From the NCBI GenBank assembly GCA_905620495.1, contig CAJQTK010000011.1:90-64089 (forward strand): a DNA stretch of 64,000 nt. Direction: 5' to 3'. Shown piece by piece: positions 56,170-64,000 of the stretch. The notes beneath the pieces were generated by a model. It was not told the origin of the DNA and did no database searches. It saw only the letters and a program-made list of their open reading frames with translations. This DNA is from an uncultured Candidatus Pelagibacter sp. (GTDB lineage Bacteria > Pseudomonadota > Alphaproteobacteria > Pelagibacterales > Pelagibacteraceae). Numbering within the stretch: the first letter of the stretch is position 1; each line of letters starts with the position of its first letter. The position numbers and the translations under genes were made by a program.

Positions 56170-56610
56170 TTATTTATTTACTGCTTTAGCTTCAACTTTA
56201 GTTTTAACTTTAGTTTCTACTTTAGTTTCTACTTTTTCAATTTTTTTAGTTGGTTTAACCATTTTTTCTGCTTTAGATAAAATTTTACCATCTTTAGAAA
56301 ATATTTTACTAATTCTTATTAATGAATATTGCTGTCTATGACCATTTTTTCTTCTAGAATTTTGTCTTCTTCTTTTTTTGAAAATTAATATTGTTCTATT
56401 TTTTCCATTTTCAATTAGGTCTGCTTCAACTTTTGCACCCTCAACTGTTGGTGATCCAACTTCAATATTTTTATCATCCCCGTAGGCTAGGATTTCTTTA
56501 AATTCTATCTTAGTTTCAAGCTTAGAATCCTCTAATCTTTCGATTTTAAGGATTTCGCCAGCCTTTACTTTGTACTGTTTTCCACCTGTTTGTATGATTG
56601 CGTACGACAT
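56170..56610 (-). CDS. rplU: 50S ribosomal protein L21 with Lys-rich C-terminal extension
   Basis: YAIIQTGGKQY, GHRQQY. Confidence 0.96.
   Translation of the reverse strand: MSYAIIQTGGKQYKVKAGEILKIERLEDSKLETKIEFKEILAYGDDKNIEVGSPTVEGAKVEADLIENGKNRTILIFKKRRRQNSRRKNGHRQQYSLIRISKIFSKDGKILSKAEKMVKPTKKIEKVETKVETKVKTKVEAKAVNK
56188..56235 (-). repeat. Coding tandem repeat, 4 x 12 bp (KVET-like) in the rplU tail
   Basis: Minus strand AAAGTAGAAACT x2, AAAGTTAAAACT, AAAGTTGAAGCT. Confidence 0.85.
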
Positions 56611-56636
56611 TGTTTAATCTATTTTTTATAAGCAGC

Positions 56637-56664
56637 AATATAGTCGGGAGCCTATTATAGTCAA
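56637..56664 (-). promoter_or_regulatory. Sigma70 promoter for rplU-rpmA-obgE
   Basis: Minus strand TTGACT-N16-TATATT followed by GC-rich discriminator GCTGC. Confidence 0.65.
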
Positions 56665-56675
56665 GTCCGAATAAG

Positions 56676-57395
56676 CTAGAAATTGTCCTTTAAATCCCTC
56701 AGTTTTGAAAAGGTTTCTACATTGTTTGACCTAAGAAAAATATTACACTCTAATTCATCTTTGATAGTAGATGGAATAGTCGAAAGGCCAGCTTTTAATT
56801 TTATTTTTATATCATTTAATTTAGCTTTGAGATTTTCGTTATTTTCATCGTGAACCATACAAAACTTTGAATTTTGTAGTGTATATTCATGACCACAAAA
56901 AACTTTTGTACTTTTTGGTAGCTCTTTTAGTTTCATCAAGGAATCAAACATCTGGGTATATGTCCCTTCAAATATCTTTCCACAACCTAAAGAAAAAAGA
57001 GTATCTCCAGTGAAAACAGATTCATCTTTGTAAAAATAGAAACATATATGACCAAGTGTATGTCCTGGAATGTGAATTATTTTTGCTTCAAAGTTTTTAT
57101 GTATCCAGGTTTCTTGATCATTTACTAGTATATTTATTCCTGGAATTCTTTCCCTGTCTCCTTCATATCCAACAACACTTGCTCCATACTTTTCTTTTAA
57201 TTTTTGATTTCCACCTACATGATCATAATGATGATGTGTATTTAATATAAACTTTAATTTAATTTGGGTATTTTCTAGATATTCAATAATAGGATCAGCT
57301 TCACTGGGGTCAACCACACAAGCAATATTATTTTCTTCATCAATTATCAAATAAGAGTAGTTATCTTGCAGGCAGGGTATTATTTGAATCTTCAT
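56676..57395 (-). CDS. gloB: Hydroxyacylglutathione hydrolase (glyoxalase II)
   Basis: THHHYDHVGG, PGHTLGH, GDTLF, CGHEYT. Confidence 0.94.
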   Translation of the reverse strand: MKIQIIPCLQDNYSYLIIDEENNIACVVDPSEADPIIEYLENTQIKLKFILNTHHHYDHVGGNQKLKEKYGASVVGYEGDRERIPGINILVNDQETWIHKNFEAKIIHIPGHTLGHICFYFYKDESVFTGDTLFSLGCGKIFEGTYTQMFDSLMKLKELPKSTKVFCGHEYTLQNSKFCMVHDENNENLKAKLNDIKIKLKAGLSTIPSTIKDELECNIFLRSNNVETFSKLRDLKDNF

Positions 57396-57992
57396 TTATT
57401 TCTCAATTAAGAAAATTCCTAACTCAGCTGACAAATTTTTTATATTAAGGTTTGCCTCATTAATAAAAGAGATTTTTTCATTGTGAAGAGCCAATGCTTT
57501 ATCTAATTTAATATCTCTATCATGGCAGAACTTATAAAAATCTTTAATCGTACACATGTGAATATTGGGAGTGTTATACCATTCATCAGGTAGATTTTTT
57601 GTAATTGGCATTGTTCCTTTGATTAATAGGTGGAGTCTTACTTTCCAAAATCCAAAATTTGGCACAGTAACAATCGCTTTTTTTCCCACTCTTAATAGCT
57701 CCTGAATAACTATTTCTGGATTTAGGAAAGCCTGAAGTGTTTGGCTTAATATTACAAAATCAAAAGAACTATTAGGAAATTGATAAAGGTCTTTTTCGGC
57801 ATCTCCCTCGATTACAGTTAGACCTTTGCTTACGCATTTTTGAGAGTTAACTTTAGAAATCTCAATCCCCCTTATGTCTATTTCTTTATTTTTTTGTAAA
57901 AACTCCATTAATGTTCCGTCTCCACATCCAACATCTAAAACTCTTGTATTTTTTTTAATAAAATCTGAAATTATTTTAAATTCTTGTTTCAT
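57396..57992 (-). CDS. metW: Methionine biosynthesis protein MetW
   Basis: VLDVGCGDG, LSQTLQ, WYNTPNIH; downstream of metX. Confidence 0.93.
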   Translation of the reverse strand: MKQEFKIISDFIKKNTRVLDVGCGDGTLMEFLQKNKEIDIRGIEISKVNSQKCVSKGLTVIEGDAEKDLYQFPNSSFDFVILSQTLQAFLNPEIVIQELLRVGKKAIVTVPNFGFWKVRLHLLIKGTMPITKNLPDEWYNTPNIHMCTIKDFYKFCHDRDIKLDKALALHNEKISFINEANLNIKNLSAELGIFLIEK

Positions 57993-57994
57993 CT

Positions 57995-59113
57995 TTAATT
58001 TTTTAAATAGGAATTATTAATATAATCTTTTAAAGTATTTAAAAATTTAGGAACATCAAGAAGAAATGAATCATGTCCTTTATCTGACTCAATTTCAACA
58101 AAGGCAACATCAGCACCTATGGCATTTAAAGCTATAACAATTTCTTTATTTTCAGAAGTTGGGTAAAGCCAGTCAGAAGTGAATGATATCACAAGAAATT
58201 TAGTTTTAGTTTTTTCAAAGGCTTTTGATAAATTTCCATTATATTCTTTGGTTAAATCAAAATAATCCATAGCCCTTGTAATATATAAATAACTATTTGC
58301 ATCAAACCTATCTACAAACACACTTCCTTGGTACCTTAAATAACTTTCTATCTGGAAATCTGCATCAAAACTAAATTTTAAATCATCTCTTTCTTGTAAT
58401 TTTCTTCCAAACTTTTCTTGTAAGCCATTTTTAGATAAATAGGTTATATGAGCAGCCATTCTTGCAACAGATAAGCCTTTATCAGGGTTTTTATTTTGAT
58501 TTGCATAGCTTCCATCCAACCAATTTGCGTCAGCCATTATGGACTGTCTACCAAGTTCATTAAAAGCAATATTTTGTGCTGAATGACTTGAAGTACATGC
58601 AATTGGAATTGCTATTTTGGCTTTACTAGGAAAATTACTTACAAATTGAAGAACTTGCATGCCACCCATAGATCCACCCATGACTGCAAATAATTTTTCA
58701 ATTTTTAAAAATTCTAAAAGATTATGCTGTGCATTTACCATATCGTTTATTGTAATAACGGGGAAGGTGGTTCCATAAATTTTATTTGTTTCAGAGTTAG
58801 TATTACTAGGACCAAAAGAACCTAAACACCCACCAATTACATTTGCACAAATTACAAAATACTTATTTGTATCAATAGCTTTACCTGGGCCTACAGCATA
58901 AGACCACCAACCATCTTTTTTAGTTATTGGGTTTATTCCAGATACAAACTGATCACCAGTTAAGGCATGAAAGACCAAAATTGCATTATCTTTTTTCTCA
59001 TTAAGAGAACCATAGGTTTCATAGGCTAAAGGAAAATTGTTAATAGTCTGGCCACAATCTAACTTTAATGGTTTGTCAATTATTAAATTTTTTATGTTTA
59101 TATTTTTATTCAT
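57995..59113 (-). CDS. metX: Homoserine O-acetyltransferase
   Basis: [29 protein letters not shown]. Confidence 0.95.
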   Translation of the reverse strand: MNKNINIKNLIIDKPLKLDCGQTINNFPLAYETYGSLNEKKDNAILVFHALTGDQFVSGINPITKKDGWWSYAVGPGKAIDTNKYFVICANVIGGCLGSFGPSNTNSETNKIYGTTFPVITINDMVNAQHNLLEFLKIEKLFAVMGGSMGGMQVLQFVSNFPSKAKIAIPIACTSSHSAQNIAFNELGRQSIMADANWLDGSYANQNKNPDKGLSVARMAAHITYLSKNGLQEKFGRKLQERDDLKFSFDADFQIESYLRYQGSVFVDRFDANSYLYITRAMDYFDLTKEYNGNLSKAFEKTKTKFLVISFTSDWLYPTSENKEIVIALNAIGADVAFVEIESDKGHDSFLLDVPKFLNTLKDYINNSYLKN

Positions 59114-59149
59114 AAATAATAGCTAAAATTGAATTGTGAGAGAAAAAAA

Positions 59150-59200
59150 CATATTTAGCGGGTTTTTTTAAGCGCTCGCAATTCAGTTAAATCAGCGCAC
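59150..59200 (-). ncRNA. SAM-II (SAM-alpha) riboswitch upstream of metX
   Basis: Minus strand GCGCU-GAUUUAACUGAAUUGCG-AGCGC-UUAAAAAAACCC-GCUAAA fits the SAM-II consensus (P1 GCGCU/AGCGC, loop UUGC with GCUAAA). Confidence 0.9.
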
Positions 59201-59204
59201 TTTT

Positions 59205-59233
59205 TTTGTACTAGATAGTATTTCTTATGTCAA
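59205..59233 (-). promoter_or_regulatory. Sigma70 promoter for the SAM-II/metX transcript
   Basis: Minus strand TTGACA-N17-TACAAA puts +1 at the aptamer 5' end. Confidence 0.7.
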
Positions 59234-59295
59234 ATATTTTAAAAAATGACTTATTCTGTATGAAAGTTTAATATTTTATTTATAAGATTAATAAA

Positions 59296-60378
59296 ATGAC
59301 AGTTCCAAAGTTTAAAAAATTTAGAATAGAAGCTTATAAACCAGGAAAATCTAAAATTGGTAAAGCTCGAAATATTATAAAATTATCGGCCAATGAGTCA
59401 GCATTAGGAGTTAGTCCGAAAGTAAAAAGGCTTTTAAATAACAAAAATCTGATTTTATCTAAATACCCAGACAGTAAGGCGCAAGTTTTAAGAAAAGAAA
59501 TTTCAAATAAGTTTAATTGTGATTTTAATAAAATTATATGTGGCGCAGGGTCAGATGAGATTATTCAGATGATTTGTCAGCTGTATTTGAAATCATCAGA
59601 TGAGGTGATTGTACCTCAATATAGCTTTCTAATGTACAGAATTTATGCGCAAATCGTTGGAGCAAAAGTTATTTTTTCAAAAGAAAAAAACTTTAAGGTT
59701 TCAGTGGCAGAAATAATTAAAAAAGTTACAAAAAAAACAAAAATAGTTTTTATTGCTAACCCAAATAATCCAACTGGTACTTATTTAAATAAATTCGAAT
59801 TATTAAAACTAAGAAAAAAATTAAAAAAAAATATTCTATTAGTTATGGATGATGCGTATTTTGAGTATATGAAAAACAAAGATTATAAATCAAGTTTAGA
59901 TCTATTTAAAAATAAAGACAATGTAGTTGTAATAAGAACTTTTTCAAAAATTTATGGGTTAGCTTCTTTGAGGGTTGGTTGGGGTTATGGTTCAAAAAAA
60001 ATTATTAATGCAATGAATATAATTAAACCACCATTTAATGTAAATCAACTAGCACAAATTTCAGCAACCGAAGCTTTAAAAGATAGAAATTTTATTAACC
60101 AATCTGTGAAGCATAATATTACGGAAGCAAATAAAGTTAAAAACATCTTAGAAAAACTAAACATTTTTTCAAATGAGGTGACGGCTAACTTTTTATTACT
60201 AAATTTTGATAAATGTAAATTTTCAGCTAATTATGTTTTTAATAAACTACAATCAAAAGGAATTATATTAAGATCAACAAAAGACGGGTACAATATTAAA
60301 AACAAATTAAGATTAACAATTGGATCCAAAATAGAGAATGCAAAATTTATAAAAGAAATTAAGGTTATATTTAATTAA
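59296..60378 (+). CDS. hisC: Histidinol-phosphate aminotransferase
   Basis: KLSANES, GSDE, NPNNPTG, RTFSKIYGLASLRVG. Confidence 0.94.
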   Translation: MTVPKFKKFRIEAYKPGKSKIGKARNIIKLSANESALGVSPKVKRLLNNKNLILSKYPDSKAQVLRKEISNKFNCDFNKIICGAGSDEIIQMICQLYLKSSDEVIVPQYSFLMYRIYAQIVGAKVIFSKEKNFKVSVAEIIKKVTKKTKIVFIANPNNPTGTYLNKFELLKLRKKLKKNILLVMDDAYFEYMKNKDYKSSLDLFKNKDNVVVIRTFSKIYGLASLRVGWGYGSKKIINAMNIIKPPFNVNQLAQISATEALKDRNFINQSVKHNITEANKVKNILEKLNIFSNEVTANFLLLNFDKCKFSANYVFNKLQSKGIILRSTKDGYNIKNKLRLTIGSKIENAKFIKEIKVIFN

Positions 60379-60380
60379 TT

Positions 60381-61277
60381 ATGAAAAATATTTTAATTAT
60401 AGGGTGTGGTTTAATTGGCTCTTCATTATTAAGGTCAATAGCTGATAAAAAAATAGCTAAAAAAATATTTATTTATGAAAAATCAAAATCAAATGTTTTA
60501 AAAATTAAAAAATTAAAACTGCCATGTGAAGTTACAAATGACTTAAAAAAAATTATCCCAAATATAGATTTGATAATATTTTGCACTCCATTAGGAGAGT
60601 ATGAAAAAATAATTTTAAAAATAAACAAATACCTACTACCCAAAACAATCATCACAGATGTTGGGTCATCTAAAGAAAAATCTATGGATTTAATTAAAAG
60701 AAGATTAAAAAAAGGAATTTTTTGGACATCCAGTCATCCTATCGCCGGATCAGAAGTTAGCGGCCCTGAACATGGGCTAAAAAACTTGTTTCTTAATAAA
60801 TGGTGCATATTAATAAAAGAAAAAAACACCAACAAGAAACACCTCTCGATACTGACTAAGTTTTGGAAAAAAGTCGGTTCTAGAGTTACAATTATGGACT
60901 CAAAAAAACATGACACTATCTTTTCTATGACAAGTCATTTACCTCACTTAATTGCATATAACTTAGTTAAAACAGCAACAGATTTTGAAAAACAACAAAG
61001 ATACGAACTAATTAAATTTAGTGCAGGTGGTTTGAGAGATTTTTCAAGAATTGCTGCATCTAATGAAATTATGTGGAGAGATATATTTTTTAATAATCAA
61101 AAAAATATTTCAAAAGTTATTGATTTATTTATTAAAAATTTACGTACATTTAAAAGAGATATTCAATCTAAAAATAATAAATCTATTATTAAGAAATTAG
61201 TTGACACTAAAAAAGTTAGAAAAAAAATAATTAAATTGAAGCAAGATATTAATAAGCCAGATTTTGGTAGAAGTTAA
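60381..61277 (+). CDS. tyrA: Prephenate/cyclohexadienyl dehydrogenase
   Basis: GCGLIGSS, DVGSSK, HPIAGSE, SHLPH, GLRDFSRIA. Confidence 0.93.
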   Translation: MKNILIIGCGLIGSSLLRSIADKKIAKKIFIYEKSKSNVLKIKKLKLPCEVTNDLKKIIPNIDLIIFCTPLGEYEKIILKINKYLLPKTIITDVGSSKEKSMDLIKRRLKKGIFWTSSHPIAGSEVSGPEHGLKNLFLNKWCILIKEKNTNKKHLSILTKFWKKVGSRVTIMDSKKHDTIFSMTSHLPHLIAYNLVKTATDFEKQQRYELIKFSAGGLRDFSRIAASNEIMWRDIFFNNQKNISKVIDLFIKNLRTFKRDIQSKNNKSIIKKLVDTKKVRKKIIKLKQDINKPDFGRS

Positions 61278-62020
61278 TGTTTTATAGAAGATACTTTTTT
61301 TACTATTAGCTTTGTTGTTATTTCAATTCTATCTATTGCCTCTGTTATAGGCATGATTAAAACTTTTTTTTCTGGACCATATGCATGAATTAATTTTTTA
61401 GAATTAACACAAATTGCAACATGACCTTTCCAAAATATAATGTCTCCTTTTTTAAATATTCTTCTTTTAGCATTTTTTATTGAATATTTTATTTGGTCTT
61501 TGGTATCCCTAGGATAAAATTTATTATTATAGTAATATAATAATTGCAAAATAGCTGAGCAATCTATTCCTTTGTAAGTTTTACCACCCCAGAAATATTT
61601 AATCTTTAAAAATAATTTTAATACTTTTAAATAATCTTTTTCTATATGACTGATTTTTTTTATATCAGTTTTTTTAATCCATTTATTTTTTTCAAATTCT
61701 ATAAACTTTTTATTTTCCTGAATTATTAAAATTTTTGAAGCGAAAGGTAAGAAATATTTTGTCTTATTATTTAATTTATTAAAAATACTAGATTTTAAAG
61801 TAAACACTTTATGAGTTGGTTTATAATTATTTGTATAATTCTTGTTTTTTATGTAACCAATATAATTATCAAATGACACTTTTATTTTTATCCAATTTTT
61901 ATTTTTAGATAAAATCCTAAATTTTTCACCATATAAAATTTGAGAGGTAACTTCAGAAACTTCAGAGGGTTTCTTATAAATATTTGATAATGGTTTTTTG
62001 TAAAAATGATTATTTTTCAC
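61274..62020 (-). CDS. NlpC/P60 peptidase with N-terminal SH3-like region
   Basis: SQILYGE, YFWGG..GIDCS (Cys), GHVA, IHA; no signal peptide. Confidence 0.85.
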   Translation of the reverse strand: MKNNHFYKKPLSNIYKKPSEVSEVTSQILYGEKFRILSKNKNWIKIKVSFDNYIGYIKNKNYTNNYKPTHKVFTLKSSIFNKLNNKTKYFLPFASKILIIQENKKFIEFEKNKWIKKTDIKKISHIEKDYLKVLKLFLKIKYFWGGKTYKGIDCSAILQLLYYYNNKFYPRDTKDQIKYSIKNAKRRIFKKGDIIFWKGHVAICVNSKKLIHAYGPEKKVLIMPITEAIDRIEITTKLIVKKVSSIKH

Positions 62021-63455
62021 GGAGTTTTAATTTATCTTTAATAAACCATAAACAAATTAAAGATGGTATTACCATAAGAGCTGTAATTACAAAAAATACT
62101 GCCCAGGGGTTTTCAAAACTAGGAATAGAGATTGATCCAAGATTAATAAATTTATATTTTAAGCTGATGATTGCTCCATTTTCTAAAGAGTCAACTAGCG
62201 CGCCTGAAGATGAGGCCATTATTGTTCTTCCTGCGGTACCAATTGAAGCAAGCAGAGCGTATTGAGTGGCGGTATACGTTCTATCTACCAGTAATGAAAT
62301 AAATGCAACAAAAGCAACTGTCGCAAATGCAGCAGCGATATCATCAGCTATCACCGCAAATGCAAAAAGTAATTCAGATTTTTCAGATATAGCTAAAACA
62401 GAAAATAGAAGATTGGTAGCAGCCATTAGTATTCCAGCAACAAACATTGTTTTTATTGTTCCAGACCTAATGGCAAGTAACCCACCCAATAAAGTAAAAA
62501 TAACCGTTGTAACCCATCCCAAAGTTTTTGAATAAATTGCAATATCACCTTTAGAAAAACCCATTTCTTTATAAAAAACTACGGACATACGGCCAAGGAA
62601 TGCTTCACCTATTTTAAATAAAAAAACAAAAGTTAAGATTCCCACAGCAATAGAGAATCCATTTTTTCTAAAGAAACTTATTATTGGTCCTCCCAAAGTA
62701 CCACTTATCCAAGCTGTTATTATTGAAAAAATGTTTTTTGAACCAAGTTTACTTCTTATAAGCTCATCAGTTTCTTTTTGCTTTAATTGTCTATCGGTAG
62801 AAGTTTGCTCATGAACAAACATTAAGCCTATATTCATTAAAATAACGACAATACCTAAAATTAAAAAGGTCATTTGCCAATAATTAATTATGCCAATGTT
62901 TTCAAAATATTGAGCTGTAAATAAAGCTATTACACCACCTAATTTATATCCACTCCACCACCCAACAACAGCCATAGCAGCACCAGCAGCCATTGATTTA
63001 TTTTCATGCTCACCTATTTGTTCAATTCTTAAAGCATCAACAGTAATATCTTGTGTGGCTGAAGCTATAGCAATAATTAAACCAATTGTAATTAGTAGAG
63101 CTAGATTTTCGGTGGGATTAATAAAACTCCAAGTAACAAGACAAACTAAAATTGCAATTTGCATTAAAACTATCCAGCTTCTTCTATGACCAAGTTTTTT
63201 AGTTAGGTATGGTATTTGAAGTCTGTCAACAAGTGGTGCCCATAAATAGTTAAAAGCGTAAACAGCAAATATTAAACCTGCCCAACCAATAGTTGATCTA
63301 CTTAAACCTTCTTCTTTAAGCCATAAACTTAAACTGCTTCCTATTAAAACCCAAGGAAAGCCTGAGATTGCACCTAGTAATAATATTCTAAGCATTCTTT
63401 TATCCAAGTAGATAGAAAATGTTTCTGAGAGTGATTGTTTTTTTATTTCAATCAT
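62010..63455 (-). CDS. ampG: AmpG-family muropeptide MFS permease
   Basis: LGAISGFP, LWAPLVD, GHRRSW, SATQDITVDA, YTATQYALL; ATG at 63455. Confidence 0.88.
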   Translation of the reverse strand: MIEIKKQSLSETFSIYLDKRMLRILLLGAISGFPWVLIGSSLSLWLKEEGLSRSTIGWAGLIFAVYAFNYLWAPLVDRLQIPYLTKKLGHRRSWIVLMQIAILVCLVTWSFINPTENLALLITIGLIIAIASATQDITVDALRIEQIGEHENKSMAAGAAMAVVGWWSGYKLGGVIALFTAQYFENIGIINYWQMTFLILGIVVILMNIGLMFVHEQTSTDRQLKQKETDELIRSKLGSKNIFSIITAWISGTLGGPIISFFRKNGFSIAVGILTFVFLFKIGEAFLGRMSVVFYKEMGFSKGDIAIYSKTLGWVTTVIFTLLGGLLAIRSGTIKTMFVAGILMAATNLLFSVLAISEKSELLFAFAVIADDIAAAFATVAFVAFISLLVDRTYTATQYALLASIGTAGRTIMASSSGALVDSLENGAIISLKYKFINLGSISIPSFENPWAVFFVITALMVIPSLICLWFIKDKLKLREK

Positions 63456-63457
63456 AA

Positions 63458-64000
63458 TTAGTTTCTCCAAAAGGAAGGTAGAAACAGAACTAGTATAGCA
63501 AATAATTCCAATCTACCCAATATCATTCCAAGACTCAAAATCCACTTAGAAATTTCTGGTAAACTAGAAAAATTGCCACTAGGGCCAATTGTAGAGCCCA
63601 ATCCTGGTCCAACATTTGAAATTGAGGTTGCGGCCCCAGAAATGGAAGTAATAAAATCCAAACCACTTAAAGATAATAATGCAGTTATCAAAAAAAATAT
63701 AACCAAGTAAAGAAAAATGAAAGAGATGATCGAAGCCATAAATTTATCATCTACACTATTTTTGTCATATTTAATTATAAACACTCCTCTTGGGTAAATA
63801 ACCTTTTTTAATTGATTAACAATAAATAAATATAAAATTTGAATTCTAAAAATTTTAATTCCACAAGTTGTTGAACCGGCACATCCACCAATGAACATTA
63901 GAGTTAAAAAGAAAATTAATGGAAAATTTCCCCATCCATCAAATTCTCCTGTGACATATCCCGTACCAGTTAAAATAGAAATAACATTAAAAAAAATTGT
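63458..64000 (-). CDS. trkH: Trk potassium uptake permease, 5' truncated by window edge
   Basis: Frame open to the edge; ILTGTGY, FIGGCAGSTTCGIK, SNVGPG, GRLE. Confidence 0.92.
   Translation of the reverse strand, partial: TIFFNVISILTGTGYVTGEFDGWGNFPLIFFLTLMFIGGCAGSTTCGIKIFRIQILYLFIVNQLKKVIYPRGVFIIKYDKNSVDDKFMASIISFIFLYLVIFFLITALLSLSGLDFITSISGAATSISNVGPGLGSTIGPSGNFSSLPEISKWILSLGMILGRLELFAILVLFLPSFWRN

Noticed and set aside
59114-59150. Tandem SAM-V aptamer after SAM-II
   Set aside because: No second AUUU...UGC...GCUAAA core on the mRNA strand, and too little space
59296-62020. Very AT- and Lys-rich hisC-tyrA-nlpC as a horizontally acquired island
   Set aside because: Housekeeping genes in ordinary order with no integrase, tRNA or flanking repeats; composition fits AT drift

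Overview
AT-rich, very gene-dense alphaproteobacterial core-genome segment. Gene content, gene order and protein sequences (dmdA, SAM-II/metX, ffh leader) point to SAR11 / 'Candidatus Pelagibacter'. From the left it holds: a partial PagL-like lipid A deacylase; an alpha-hydroxy-acid/glycolate cluster (lldD-like, aminotransferase, glcDEF, 2-hydroxyacid reductase, MFS); a TRAP transporter with an amidase, a small membrane protein and a hydrolase; ftsY-dapF opposite ffh-rpsP-trmD-rplS-leuCDB; a DMSP demethylation cluster (dmdC-dmdB-hydrolase-dmdA); asd, sdhCDAB, mmsA, mdh, sucCDAB, lpdA; a frameshifted priA; atpHAGDC; a minus-strand block from rppH to metX, with a SAM-II riboswitch upstream of metX; hisC-tyrA; NlpC/P60-ampG and partial trkH. 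I saw no mobile elements, tRNA/rRNA or CRISPR. The most notable observations are four. Both axial heme-b His ligands of the SdhC/SdhD anchor appear substituted while the quinone site is kept, suggesting a heme-free complex II. An orphan serine hydrolase sits in the dmd operon, which has no dmdD. The SAM-II riboswitch has an atypical anti-aptamer/U-tract platform. priA has a -1 frameshift at an A7 run. All annotations come from motif recognition by eye; no database searches were run.
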